This document shows positions 37,304-44,472 of a stretch of 64,000 nt of DNA, one piece after another. Every line of letters starts with the position of its first letter. Position 1 is the first letter of the stretch. A model generated the notes under the pieces. The model was not told the origin of the DNA. It saw nothing but the letters and a program-made list of their open reading frames with translations, and did not search any database. The position numbers and the translations under genes were made by a program. Source of the stretch: Solirubrobacterales bacterium (GTDB lineage Bacteria > Actinomycetota > Thermoleophilia > Solirubrobacterales > JBBDJG01); the NCBI GenBank assembly GCA_038203635.1, contig JBBRDT010000003.1, forward strand, positions 22,776-86,775. Reading direction: 5' to 3'.

Positions 37304-38257
37304 ATGCGCAGCAGACTGAAGCAGATAGGTACCGCCGCCGTGATCGCCGCACTGACCGTAGCCGGCCTTTCCGTGGCCGCCGGCGGGGGCGGTGGCGACA
37401 AGCAGTCCCCCGACATCGCCGGTCCGGTGATCGACAAGGCCGAACAGGACGGCAAGATCACCGCCGCGCAGGCCGCCAAGCTGCGACAGGCCGCGCAGGA
37501 CATCGCGGACGGCAAGCGGCCCGACATCCGCGGCCTCGGCCGCGATGCCGACGTGCAGGACGTGATCCATGACGCGTTCGCGGCCGCTCACGAGAAGGCG
37601 CCCGGCATCGCGGAGCCGATCATCAAGAAGGCCGTGGACGACAAGAAGATCACCGAGGCGCAGGGCGACCGCATCAGAGAGATGGTGCGGCGTGGGCCGC
37701 CGGGTCGCGGGCCGCATGGCCCCGGCTTCGGTGGGCCGCCGCCGATCGCCGACAAGGAGGTGCGCGCGGTGCTCGAGGACGTCCGCGCCGCGGTCGCGAA
37801 GCAGGCGCCGGACATCGTCAACCCCGTGATCGACAAGGCAGAGCAGGACGGCAAGATCACCGCCGCCCAGGCCGACCGGCTGCGCGACGCGACCGGCGCC
37901 CTGATGGGCGGCAAGCCGCGCGGAGTCCGGCCGCGAATGCTCGACCTGCGTGACTCCGACGTGCGGAAGGTGCTGCACGACGCCTTCGAGGCGCTCGAAG
38001 CCAAGCGCCAGGGCATCGCGAAGCCGATCATCGACAAGGCCCTCGCCGACAGGAAGATCACCGCGGCGCAGGCGGCGGAGCTCCGAAGCGCGCAGCGGCG
38101 CTTCAAGGGCGGCATCCATGGCCGGCCTCCCGGCATGGGTCACGGCGCGCCCGGCTTCGGGCCTCGGGACGGACCGGGCGGCGGGCCGCCGCCGGACTTC
38201 GACCGACCGGAGGCGCCATCGGCGCCGGCGGCCCCGCAGGGCAGCAGCCGCAGCTAG
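37304..38257 (+). CDS. Secreted repeat protein with four ITxAQ (LTXXQ-like) helical units and Gly/Pro-rich spacers
   Basis: AGGAG precedes the ATG at 37304. Signal peptide present. Units of PDIxxP(V/I)IDKAxxDGKITAAQAxxLR recur four times. Confidence 0.75.
   Translation: MRSRLKQIGTAAVIAALTVAGLSVAAGGGGGDKQSPDIAGPVIDKAEQDGKITAAQAAKLRQAAQDIADGKRPDIRGLGRDADVQDVIHDAFAAAHEKAPGIAEPIIKKAVDDKKITEAQGDRIREMVRRGPPGRGPHGPGFGGPPPIADKEVRAVLEDVRAAVAKQAPDIVNPVIDKAEQDGKITAAQADRLRDATGALMGGKPRGVRPRMLDLRDSDVRKVLHDAFEALEAKRQGIAKPIIDKALADRKITAAQAAELRSAQRRFKGGIHGRPPGMGHGAPGFGPRDGPGGGPPPDFDRPEAPSAPAAPQGSSRS
37408..38205 (+). repeat. Intragenic two-unit tandem repeat with a 399-nt period (A-B-A'-B' architecture)
   Basis: GTGATCGACAAGGC(C/A)GA(A/G)CAGGACGGCAAGATCACCGCCGC occurs at 37427 and again at 37826. 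Confidence 0.8.
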
Positions 38258-38329
38258 GCGCGCTCCGACACACGTCCGCTGTGCCCGCTTCCGCTTGAGG
38301 GGGCGGGCACAGGGGTCGAGACACAGGGC

Positions 38330-38875
38330 ATGAAGAAGCTTTCGCTCGTCGTCGCCCTGCTCGCATTCGCCTTCCCCGCCGTTGCATCCGCGAAGGGCGG
38401 CGGCGAGCACAGATCCGCAGTCAAGCACTGCAAGTCCATCCGCGCCGAGATCGGCGCCGAAGCATTCCGCGCCGCGTTCGGCAAGCAGAACAGCAGGCGC
38501 GCGATGAAGGGTTGTGTCGCCAAGCAGGAGAAGGCCACCAAGGCCGCCAAGCGGCGCGCGAGAAAGTCCTGCAAGGCCTCCGGCAAGCGCGGGCGGGCCC
38601 TGAAGCGCTGCGTGCGCGGCAAGCTCGCGGCCGAGCCCCCCTCTGCCGCACCCGCGGATTACACGGAGGCGGTCGACGAGTGCAAGGCCGAACAGGCTGA
38701 GGACCCCGAGGGCTTTGCCGACGAGTACGGCGAGGGCTCAGAGGCGCTCGAGCAGTGCATCGCCGAGCACGCCGACGAGCCCGAAGGCGAGACCTCCGGC
38801 GACGGGGACGACCCAGTCGATGAAGGCCCCGGCGACGACGAGATCGTCGAAGAGCCGGACGCCGAGCCGGTCTAG
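38330..38875 (+). CDS. Secreted hypothetical protein with a Lys/Cys-rich N-terminal half and a strongly acidic C-terminal tail
   Basis: Signal MKKLSLVVALLAFAFPAVASA. Seven Cys residues. The tail is DEPEGETSGDGDDPVDEGPGDDEIVEEPDAEPV. Confidence 0.65.
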   Translation: MKKLSLVVALLAFAFPAVASAKGGGEHRSAVKHCKSIRAEIGAEAFRAAFGKQNSRRAMKGCVAKQEKATKAAKRRARKSCKASGKRGRALKRCVRGKLAAEPPSAAPADYTEAVDECKAEQAEDPEGFADEYGEGSEALEQCIAEHADEPEGETSGDGDDPVDEGPGDDEIVEEPDAEPV

Positions 38876-39231
38876 CTCTCCCGGACGTCCATTCGCTCGA
38901 TCAGGCCGTCCCGCAGCGTGTAGACGTGCTGCACCATGCTGTCGGCGATCACCTCGCCCGACTTGTCCCGGACGACCTGGTGCACATCGACCACCACCTG
39001 ATCGTCACCGATGGGCGTCACGCGCTCCGGCTCGACGCGCGGGTCGCTCGTCTCGAACTGCTTCTTCCAGTACGCCTTCACGGCAGCGTGCCCGTGCTCA
39101 CGGCCGCCCTCGATCATGTTCGGCCAGTTGACGTCCGGGTGCATCCCGGCGAGGCCGGCGTCGAGCTCCCGCGCGTTGAAGGCGTCGTACAGCTCCCGGA
39201 AGAACTGCTCAGTCGGACTTGGAATCGCCAC
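38872..39231 (-). CDS. NTF2/SnoaL-like domain protein
   Basis: 119 aa. Contains FRELYDAFNARELD ... VQHVYTLRDGLIERMDV. Confidence 0.75.
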   Translation of the reverse strand: MAIPSPTEQFFRELYDAFNARELDAGLAGMHPDVNWPNMIEGGREHGHAAVKAYWKKQFETSDPRVEPERVTPIGDDQVVVDVHQVVRDKSGEVIADSMVQHVYTLRDGLIERMDVRES

Positions 39232-39562
39232 TGCTGGAGGAGGACGAGTCGGAGGACGAGTCGGAGGACGACGATGAGGATGAGCCCTCGGAGGATGAAG
39301 ACGAGCCCTCGGACTTGGAGCCCGCCTTCTCTTTCTTGGACTCGTCCTTGGAGCCGGAGTCCGAGTCCGAGCCCCCGCCGCCCCGCTGGCGACCGTAGTC
39401 GGTCGAGTAGAAGCCCGAGCCCTTGAAGTGGACCGCCACCGGATGGAAGACGCGTTCGACCGGATCGCCGCAGACCTCGCACACCGTCACGGGGTCGTGG
39501 CTCATGCTCTGCAGCACCTCGAAGGTGTGCCCGTTGCGGCAGCGGTACTCGTAGATAGGCAA
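39209..39562 (-). CDS. FmdB-family zinc-ribbon protein with a long Ser/Asp/Glu-rich tail
   Basis: (L/M)PIYEYRC...VCEVCGDPVERV...FKGSGFY is the FmdB signature. TTG start at 39562. The tail is SSSSSEGSSSSSSSDSSSDSSSSSSGDSKSD. Confidence 0.75.
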   Translation of the reverse strand: MPIYEYRCRNGHTFEVLQSMSHDPVTVCEVCGDPVERVFHPVAVHFKGSGFYSTDYGRQRGGGGSDSDSGSKDESKKEKAGSKSEGSSSSSEGSSSSSSSDSSSDSSSSSSGDSKSD

Positions 39563-39647
39563 GAAGGAAGTCCCCGGTCGACTGGTCAATCGATTATATG
39601 GAGGGGAATGTCACTCCCCCCGAGGATGGAACGCTCGTCGCCGGCGG

Positions 39648-39842
39648 CTAGGCTGCCCGGCCACCGCGCGTGCCGCTCTGCTGTTCCGGCGGCTGGGGCG
39701 CCGCGTGATCGGAGAGCAGCGACACCTTCGCGGTGTGCCAGACGATCCAGGCCGTCAGGTGGCGCCCGGCCCGCAGCGGCAGCACCGGCACCTCCCTGAG
39801 GCGCGACGGATTCGACTCGTCTTGTGTGTGTCCCTGGTTCAA
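39648..39842 (-). CDS. Possible small ORF (64 aa) of unknown function
   Basis: Very high GC3 in this frame only. Against it: a TTG start with a weak Shine-Dalgarno sequence and no recognisable motif. Confidence 0.3.
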   Translation of the reverse strand: MNQGHTQDESNPSRLREVPVLPLRAGRHLTAWIVWHTAKVSLLSDHAAPQPPEQQSGTRGGRAA

Positions 39843-40055
39843 GTTACTTCTAATAACGTGACCATCAGGAGCTTATATCTCCCGTCGGCTCATATACGAG
39901 CCGTGTGGTTAGCCTTGTAGGACTTTCCGGGCTCCATTTACCCCATCGGAATGGCGAAAACATCCCAAAATCCGCGCAATCCTGCGCCCACGCCCGAAAC
40001 GGCGGCAGGACGGGGTGGTCAGGACGCCGACAACCCATACGTGGAGGCCGTGACC
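39843..40055 (+). promoter_or_regulatory. Low-GC, hairpin-rich promoter/5' leader of glyQS (possible cis-regulatory RNA, class unassigned)
   Basis: Nested helices: ACCA(39861)...TGGT(39909) encloses GGAG-cttatat-CTCC and CGGCTC-atatac-GAGCCG. Further hairpins are CCATT...AATGG and GCGC-aatcct-GCGC. GGGGTGGTC at 40012 resembles the core of a T-box sequence. GGAGG lies 9 nt before the ATG. Confidence 0.3.
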
Positions 40056-41384
40056 ATGGAGAAGATCGTCGCCCTCTGCAAGCGGCGCGGCTTCATCTTC
40101 CAGTCCTCCGAGATCTACGGGGGCCTCGCGTCGACCTACGACTACGGCCACTACGGGGTGCTGCTCAAGAACAACGTGAAGGCCGAATGGTGGCGGGCCA
40201 ACATCCAGGAGCGCGACGACATGGTCGCGCTGGACGCCGCCATCCTGATGCACCCGCGCACGTGGGAGGCGTCGGGCCATGTCGAGGGCTTCACCGATCC
40301 GCTCGTGCAGTGCCTCGGCAAGTGCAAGAAGCGCTGGCGCGCGGATCACGTCGAGTCCGCCAACGGCGAGCTGCGCTGCCCCCAGTGCGGAGGCGAGCTC
40401 GGCGACGCCCGGCAGTTCAACCTCATGTTCGAGACCTTCATGGGCCCGGTGCGAGAGGACGCGGCGCGCATCTTCCTGCGCCCCGAGACCGCTCAGGGGA
40501 TCTTCGTGAACTTCAAGAATGTTCTCCAGTTCTCCCGCCGCAAGCCGCCGTTCGGCATCGCGCAGATCGGCAAGGCGTTCCGAAACGAGATCACGCCCGG
40601 CAACTTCATCTTCCGCACGCGCGAGTTCGAGCAGATGGAGATCGAGTTCTTCGTGCCTCCCGCCGAGGCCGAGCAGTGGCACCAGCATTGGATGGACACA
40701 CGCATGCGCTGGTACACGGACCTCGGCATCCGCGCCGATCACCTGCAGCTGCGAAAGCACGGCGAGGACGAGCTCTCGCACTACTCAGCCGGCACCAGCG
40801 ACATCGAGTACCTGTTTCCGATGGGCTGGTCCGAGCTGGAGGGTATCGCCAACCGCACCGACTTCGACCTGCGCCGCCACGCCGAGTTCTCGGGCGAGGA
40901 CCTCTCCTACTTCGACCCGGCTACCGAGGGGCGCTACGTCCCGTACGTGATCGAGCCCTCCGCGGGCGCGGACCGCGGCACGCTCGCGTTCATGGTCGAC
41001 GCGTACGACGAGGAGGAGGTGGCGGGCCGCAAGCGCACGCTGCTGCGACTTCATCCCCGGCTGGCGCCGGTGAAAGTGGCCGTCCTGCCGCTCGTTTCCA
41101 AGGAGGGCATGCCCGAGAAGGCGCGCGCGATCTACGAGGAGCTGCGGCGCGTGATGCCCGCGGAGTTCGATGCGGGCGGCTCGATCGGCAAGCGCTACCG
41201 CCGCCAGGACGAGATCGGCACGCCGTGGGGCATCACGATCGACGGCCAGACGATGGAGGACGACACGGTCACGCTGCGCGACCGCGACTCGCTCGAGCAG
41301 ACGCGGGTGCCGGCCGCAGGGCTGGCCGACGACCTGCTGCACCGGCTGCACGCCGACTGGCGCACGCCGAAGCTCGACGATTGA
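40056..41384 (+). CDS. glyQS: Glycine--tRNA ligase (homodimeric class II type)
   Basis: Contains MEKIVALCKRRGFIFQSSEIYGGL, FRNEITPGNFIFRTREFEQMEIEFF, EPSAGADRG. The ATG at 40056 has a GGAGG Shine-Dalgarno sequence. The tracked ORF from 39951 adds an implausible N-terminal extension. Confidence 0.9.
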   Translation: MEKIVALCKRRGFIFQSSEIYGGLASTYDYGHYGVLLKNNVKAEWWRANIQERDDMVALDAAILMHPRTWEASGHVEGFTDPLVQCLGKCKKRWRADHVESANGELRCPQCGGELGDARQFNLMFETFMGPVREDAARIFLRPETAQGIFVNFKNVLQFSRRKPPFGIAQIGKAFRNEITPGNFIFRTREFEQMEIEFFVPPAEAEQWHQHWMDTRMRWYTDLGIRADHLQLRKHGEDELSHYSAGTSDIEYLFPMGWSELEGIANRTDFDLRRHAEFSGEDLSYFDPATEGRYVPYVIEPSAGADRGTLAFMVDAYDEEEVAGRKRTLLRLHPRLAPVKVAVLPLVSKEGMPEKARAIYEELRRVMPAEFDAGGSIGKRYRRQDEIGTPWGITIDGQTMEDDTVTLRDRDSLEQTRVPAAGLADDLLHRLHADWRTPKLDD

Positions 41385-41827
41385 ATATCGACGTCGTCCG
41401 CGAGGGCGACATCGGCGACCTGCTCCCGCTGATGCGGGCGTACGCCGAGTTCTACGCGGTGCCGCCGGACGACGAGCGCATGCTCGGAATTGCCCGCATG
41501 CTGATCGAGCGCTCGCAGGAGGGCGTGCAGTTCATCGCGCGCACCGATGAAGGCGAGGCGCTCGGCTTTGCGACCGTCTACATGACATGGGAAACGCTCG
41601 ACGCGGGCCGGCTGGCGGTCATGAACGACCTGTTCGTCTCGCCGGCGGCGCGCGGCCGTGGTCTGGGCGCCGCGCTGATCGACGAGTGCCTGCGATTCGC
41701 GCGCGAACGCAAGGCCGGCAAGCTCGCGTGGCAGACAGCGCCGTCCAACACGGTTGCGCAGCGGCTCTACGAGCGCGTGGGCGCCGTGCGCGAGCAATGG
41801 GTCGACTATCACCTCCCAACTCTCTAG
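41381..41827 (+). CDS. GNAT family N-acetyltransferase
   Basis: Acetyl-CoA motif VSPAARGRGLGAALI. The TTG start overlaps the glyQS stop (TTGA). Confidence 0.75.
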   Translation: MNIDVVREGDIGDLLPLMRAYAEFYAVPPDDERMLGIARMLIERSQEGVQFIARTDEGEALGFATVYMTWETLDAGRLAVMNDLFVSPAARGRGLGAALIDECLRFARERKAGKLAWQTAPSNTVAQRLYERVGAVREQWVDYHLPTL

Positions 41828-41862
41828 TTACTGTCGTGGCCGGCCGAGGTAAGTAGCAAGGA

Positions 41863-41899
41863 GGCCCGGCAGGGATCGCCGGGCCTCTTTTTCATTTTT
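41863..41899 (+). terminator. Rho-independent terminator after the glyQS-GNAT pair
   Basis: GGCCCGGC-agggatc-GCCGGGCC followed by TCTTTTTCATTTTT. Confidence 0.8.
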
Positions 41900-42036
41900 C
41901 GGCTCTGGCTCTAGGCTCCGGCCCATGAACGCGAGCATGCGACGCGTCGCGGAAGAACACCGCGCGCGGTGTTCGGCCCGGTGACCCCGGCGGAGCTCGT
42001 GCGGGCCACGGGCGCTCGCGTGGTGGCGGTGGCGCA

Positions 42037-42390
42037 GTGACGGCTGCCCGGCTGCGCCGCTGGTGTCTCGGGCGCCGGGGGGTGACGGAGGAGTTCCCCT
42101 TCAACCCGCAGACGTCGGTGTTCAAGGTGGCGGGGAAGGTGTTCGCGCTCAGCAACCTGCGCGCACGCCCGCTGCGCGTGAGCGTGAAGTGCGACCCCGA
42201 GCTGGCCGCGCAGCTGCGCATCAGCTATCCCGCCGTCGCGCCCGGCTACCACCTCAACAAGCGCCACTGGAACACGATCACGCTCGACGGGTCGCTCGAA
42301 GACCAGCTCGTGATCGACATGCTCGAGGACAGCTACGACCTGGTCGTGGCCGGGCTCACGCGCGCGGCGCGGCAGGGTCTCGAGGTCTAG
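42037..42390 (+). CDS. MmcQ/YjbR family DNA-binding protein
   Basis: Contains EEFPFNPQTSVFKVAGKVFAL and PGYHLNKRHWNTITLDG. Confidence 0.8.
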   Translation: MTAARLRRWCLGRRGVTEEFPFNPQTSVFKVAGKVFALSNLRARPLRVSVKCDPELAAQLRISYPAVAPGYHLNKRHWNTITLDGSLEDQLVIDMLEDSYDLVVAGLTRAARQGLEV

Positions 42391-42391
42391 C

Positions 42392-42691
42392 TCAGGCGGT
42401 TGCGGCAGCCGGCTCCGGGTCGGGCCGCACGATCACCGTGTCGACGACGGGGCTGATCTCGTGGGCGGGCATGCCGACGCGGTCGGCGTGGTCGCGCAGG
42501 GCATCGGCGCTGACGGCCTCGTAGATGCAGAGGGTGCCGAGGGAGTCGCCGTCGTCCAGGACGTAGGAGCGGATCCAGCGCACCTGGTCCGACATCTCGC
42601 CGTCGCCGATCTCCTTCGAACGGGCGGCGGTCTCCTGCAGGTCCTGCGGGGTCTTCCATTCGTTGCGCCGGCGGATTGCGAACAGCTCCAT
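42392..42691 (-). CDS. DUF4242-like small protein
   Basis: VRWIRSYVLDDGDSLGTLCIYEAVSADALRDHADRVGMPAHEI matches the DUF4242 pattern as I recall it. GAGGAGG precedes the ATG at 42691. Confidence 0.65.
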   Translation of the reverse strand: MELFAIRRRNEWKTPQDLQETAARSKEIGDGEMSDQVRWIRSYVLDDGDSLGTLCIYEAVSADALRDHADRVGMPAHEISPVVDTVIVRPDPEPAAATA

Positions 42692-42709
42692 CGTGCCTCC
42701 TCGTGATTT

Positions 42710-42726
42710 ACCGACTGACTGTCGGT
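42710..42726. promoter_or_regulatory. Inverted repeat ACCGAC-tgact-GTCGGT in the divergent DUF4242/TetR intergenic region (candidate TetR operator)
   Basis: Perfect 6-bp arms, centred in the 48-bp intergenic region. Confidence 0.4.
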
Positions 42727-42739
42727 TAAAGTACGCCAG

Positions 42740-43345
42740 GTGGCAACGGAAGTCAAGACCCGCAGAAGGGGACGACCGGATGAAGGCGCCCGGGACGCGC
42801 TCATGGCAGCCGCCACGCAGCTGTTCGTCGAGCAGGACTACGCGGACGTCAGCACGGATGAGATCCTGCGGCGGGCCGGCGTCAGCCGGGGTGCGTTCTA
42901 TCACCACTTCCCCGGAAAGATCGACCTGTTCCGCGCGGTGTACGAGGCGAGCGAGACGAGAGTCGTCGAGCGCATCGCCCAGGCAGCGGTCTCAGCGGCC
43001 GGGCCCTTCGAGGCGATGGTGCTCGCCGGCAAGGCCTACCTGCGCGAAGCGGAGACGTCGATCGAGCTGCGGCGCATCGGCATCATGCAGAGCCGCGCCG
43101 TGCTCGGATGGGAGGGCTGGCGCGAGGTCGCGTCCCGGCTGGGACTCGGCCTGGCCGAGGCGTCGCTGGGCGCGGCGATGGATGCGGGAGAAATCAGGCG
43201 CCGGGACCTGAAGACGACCGCGCACGTCGTCCTCGCGGCGCTGATCGAGGGCGCGACGCTGGTCGCAACGGCCGAGCACCCCGGGCCCGTGCGCAAAGAG
43301 GTCGAGAAGGTCGTCGTGGACCTGCTCGAGGGGTTGCGCGACTAG
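42740..43345 (+). CDS. TetR/AcrR family transcriptional regulator
   Basis: HTH region ALMAAATQLFVEQDYADVSTDEILRRAGVSRGAFYHHF. Confidence 0.85.
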   Translation: MATEVKTRRRGRPDEGARDALMAAATQLFVEQDYADVSTDEILRRAGVSRGAFYHHFPGKIDLFRAVYEASETRVVERIAQAAVSAAGPFEAMVLAGKAYLREAETSIELRRIGIMQSRAVLGWEGWREVASRLGLGLAEASLGAAMDAGEIRRRDLKTTAHVVLAALIEGATLVATAEHPGPVRKEVEKVVVDLLEGLRD

Positions 43346-44172
43346 CGCCGCTCCTGCCCGTAGTCGCCGAACGGAGCGTCGCGCTCCATGATCGTGCGGC
43401 CGAGGTCCTCCATCGCCTTGCGCGTGAACTCGGCCCCCTCGGGGGTGTGGCGGGCCGACCCGTCGAGCAGCGTGCCGATCAGCTGCGTCGTGTGCAGGCC
43501 CATCTGCTCGTAGGTCTGGTTCACGAGCAGCTTCATCATGTGGAGCTGGTTGAGCGGCAGCTGCGCGACGCGCTGCGCGAGGTTGAGCGCCGTCTCGTCG
43601 AGGTCGGCCTCGGGCACCGTCTCCGATGCGAGCCCCCAGTCGACCGCCCTGCGGCCGTCGACGGGGTCGCCGGTGAGCAGCAGCCGCTTCGTGCGCTCGA
43701 GGCCGATCCGGTACATCCACATCGCGGTCGTCGGCGAGCCCCACACGCGCGCGGGCGGGTAGCCGATGCGGCAGTCCTCGGCGCACACGATCAGGTCCGA
43801 GCAAAGCGCGAAGTCGGTGCCGCCGCCGACGCAGAAGCCGTGCACCTGCGCGATCACCGGCTTGGGCGAGCGCCACAGCGACATGTAGCTCGTGACGTAG
43901 CCCGACATCAGCTGGTAGTCGCGGATCGGGTCCCACGGGCTCGGCTCCTTGCCCATCAGGTCCGCGCCCCAGTCGATGTCGTAGCCGGCGCAGAAGGAGC
44001 GGCCGGCACCGCGCAGCCGCACGACGCGCACGTTCGAGTCGTCGAGCGCGCGCTTCATCGCGGCGTCGAACGCCTCCATCATCTCCGGCACGATCGTGTT
44101 GAGGCGGTCGGGCCGGTTGAGCGTCAGCGTCGCGACGCGATCCTGAGTCTCGTAGAGGACGGGGTCGGCCAC
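43342..44172 (-). CDS. Enoyl-CoA hydratase/isomerase (crotonase) family protein
   Basis: Contains LTLNRPDRLN, RSFCAGYDI, VIAQVHGFCVGGGTD. Confidence 0.85.
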   Translation of the reverse strand: MADPVLYETQDRVATLTLNRPDRLNTIVPEMMEAFDAAMKRALDDSNVRVVRLRGAGRSFCAGYDIDWGADLMGKEPSPWDPIRDYQLMSGYVTSYMSLWRSPKPVIAQVHGFCVGGGTDFALCSDLIVCAEDCRIGYPPARVWGSPTTAMWMYRIGLERTKRLLLTGDPVDGRRAVDWGLASETVPEADLDETALNLAQRVAQLPLNQLHMMKLLVNQTYEQMGLHTTQLIGTLLDGSARHTPEGAEFTRKAMEDLGRTIMERDAPFGDYGQERR

Positions 44173-44188
44173 GGCCGAATCCTACGGC

Positions 44189-44458
44189 TCAGGCTGCGTA
44201 ACGCTGCGCGGACCGCTCACGCCGCTTGGCCGCCTCGACCTCGCGGTCCTTCGGCGGGGCGGTCGTGACCAGCTCATCGAGCAGGTGCGCGGTCACGTGC
44301 GCGATCCGGTCAACGGCGCGAGCGAAGGCCTCTTCGTTGGCCTGTGAGGGCTTCGTCGTCCCGCTGACCTTGCGCACGTACTGCAGCGCGGATGCGCGTA
44401 TCTCTTCGTCCGTTGCGGCCGGATCGAAGTTGTGGAGGGTGCGAATGTTTCGACACAT
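44189..44458 (-). CDS. DUF2277 family protein
   Basis: MCRNIRTLHNFDPAATDEEIRASALQYVRKVSG is the conserved N-terminus of this actinobacterial family. Confidence 0.8.
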   Translation of the reverse strand: MCRNIRTLHNFDPAATDEEIRASALQYVRKVSGTTKPSQANEEAFARAVDRIAHVTAHLLDELVTTAPPKDREVEAAKRRERSAQRYAA

Positions 44459-44472
44459 GCCCCGTAGCTTAG

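Noticed and set aside
39951-40055. N-terminal 35-aa extension of GlyRS (MAKTSQNPRNPAPTPETAAGRGGQDADNPYVEAVT)
   Set aside because: The extension has low GC3, no homology to GlyRS N-termini and no Shine-Dalgarno sequence. The ATG at 40056 has GGAGG at proper spacing and starts the conserved MEKIVALCKRRGF.
39905-41827. 640-aa ORF spanning the glyQS region
   Set aside because: Only its last roughly 148 codons (the GNAT) are meaningful. The rest is an out-of-frame shadow of glyQS, which has unmistakable GlyRS motifs in its own frame.
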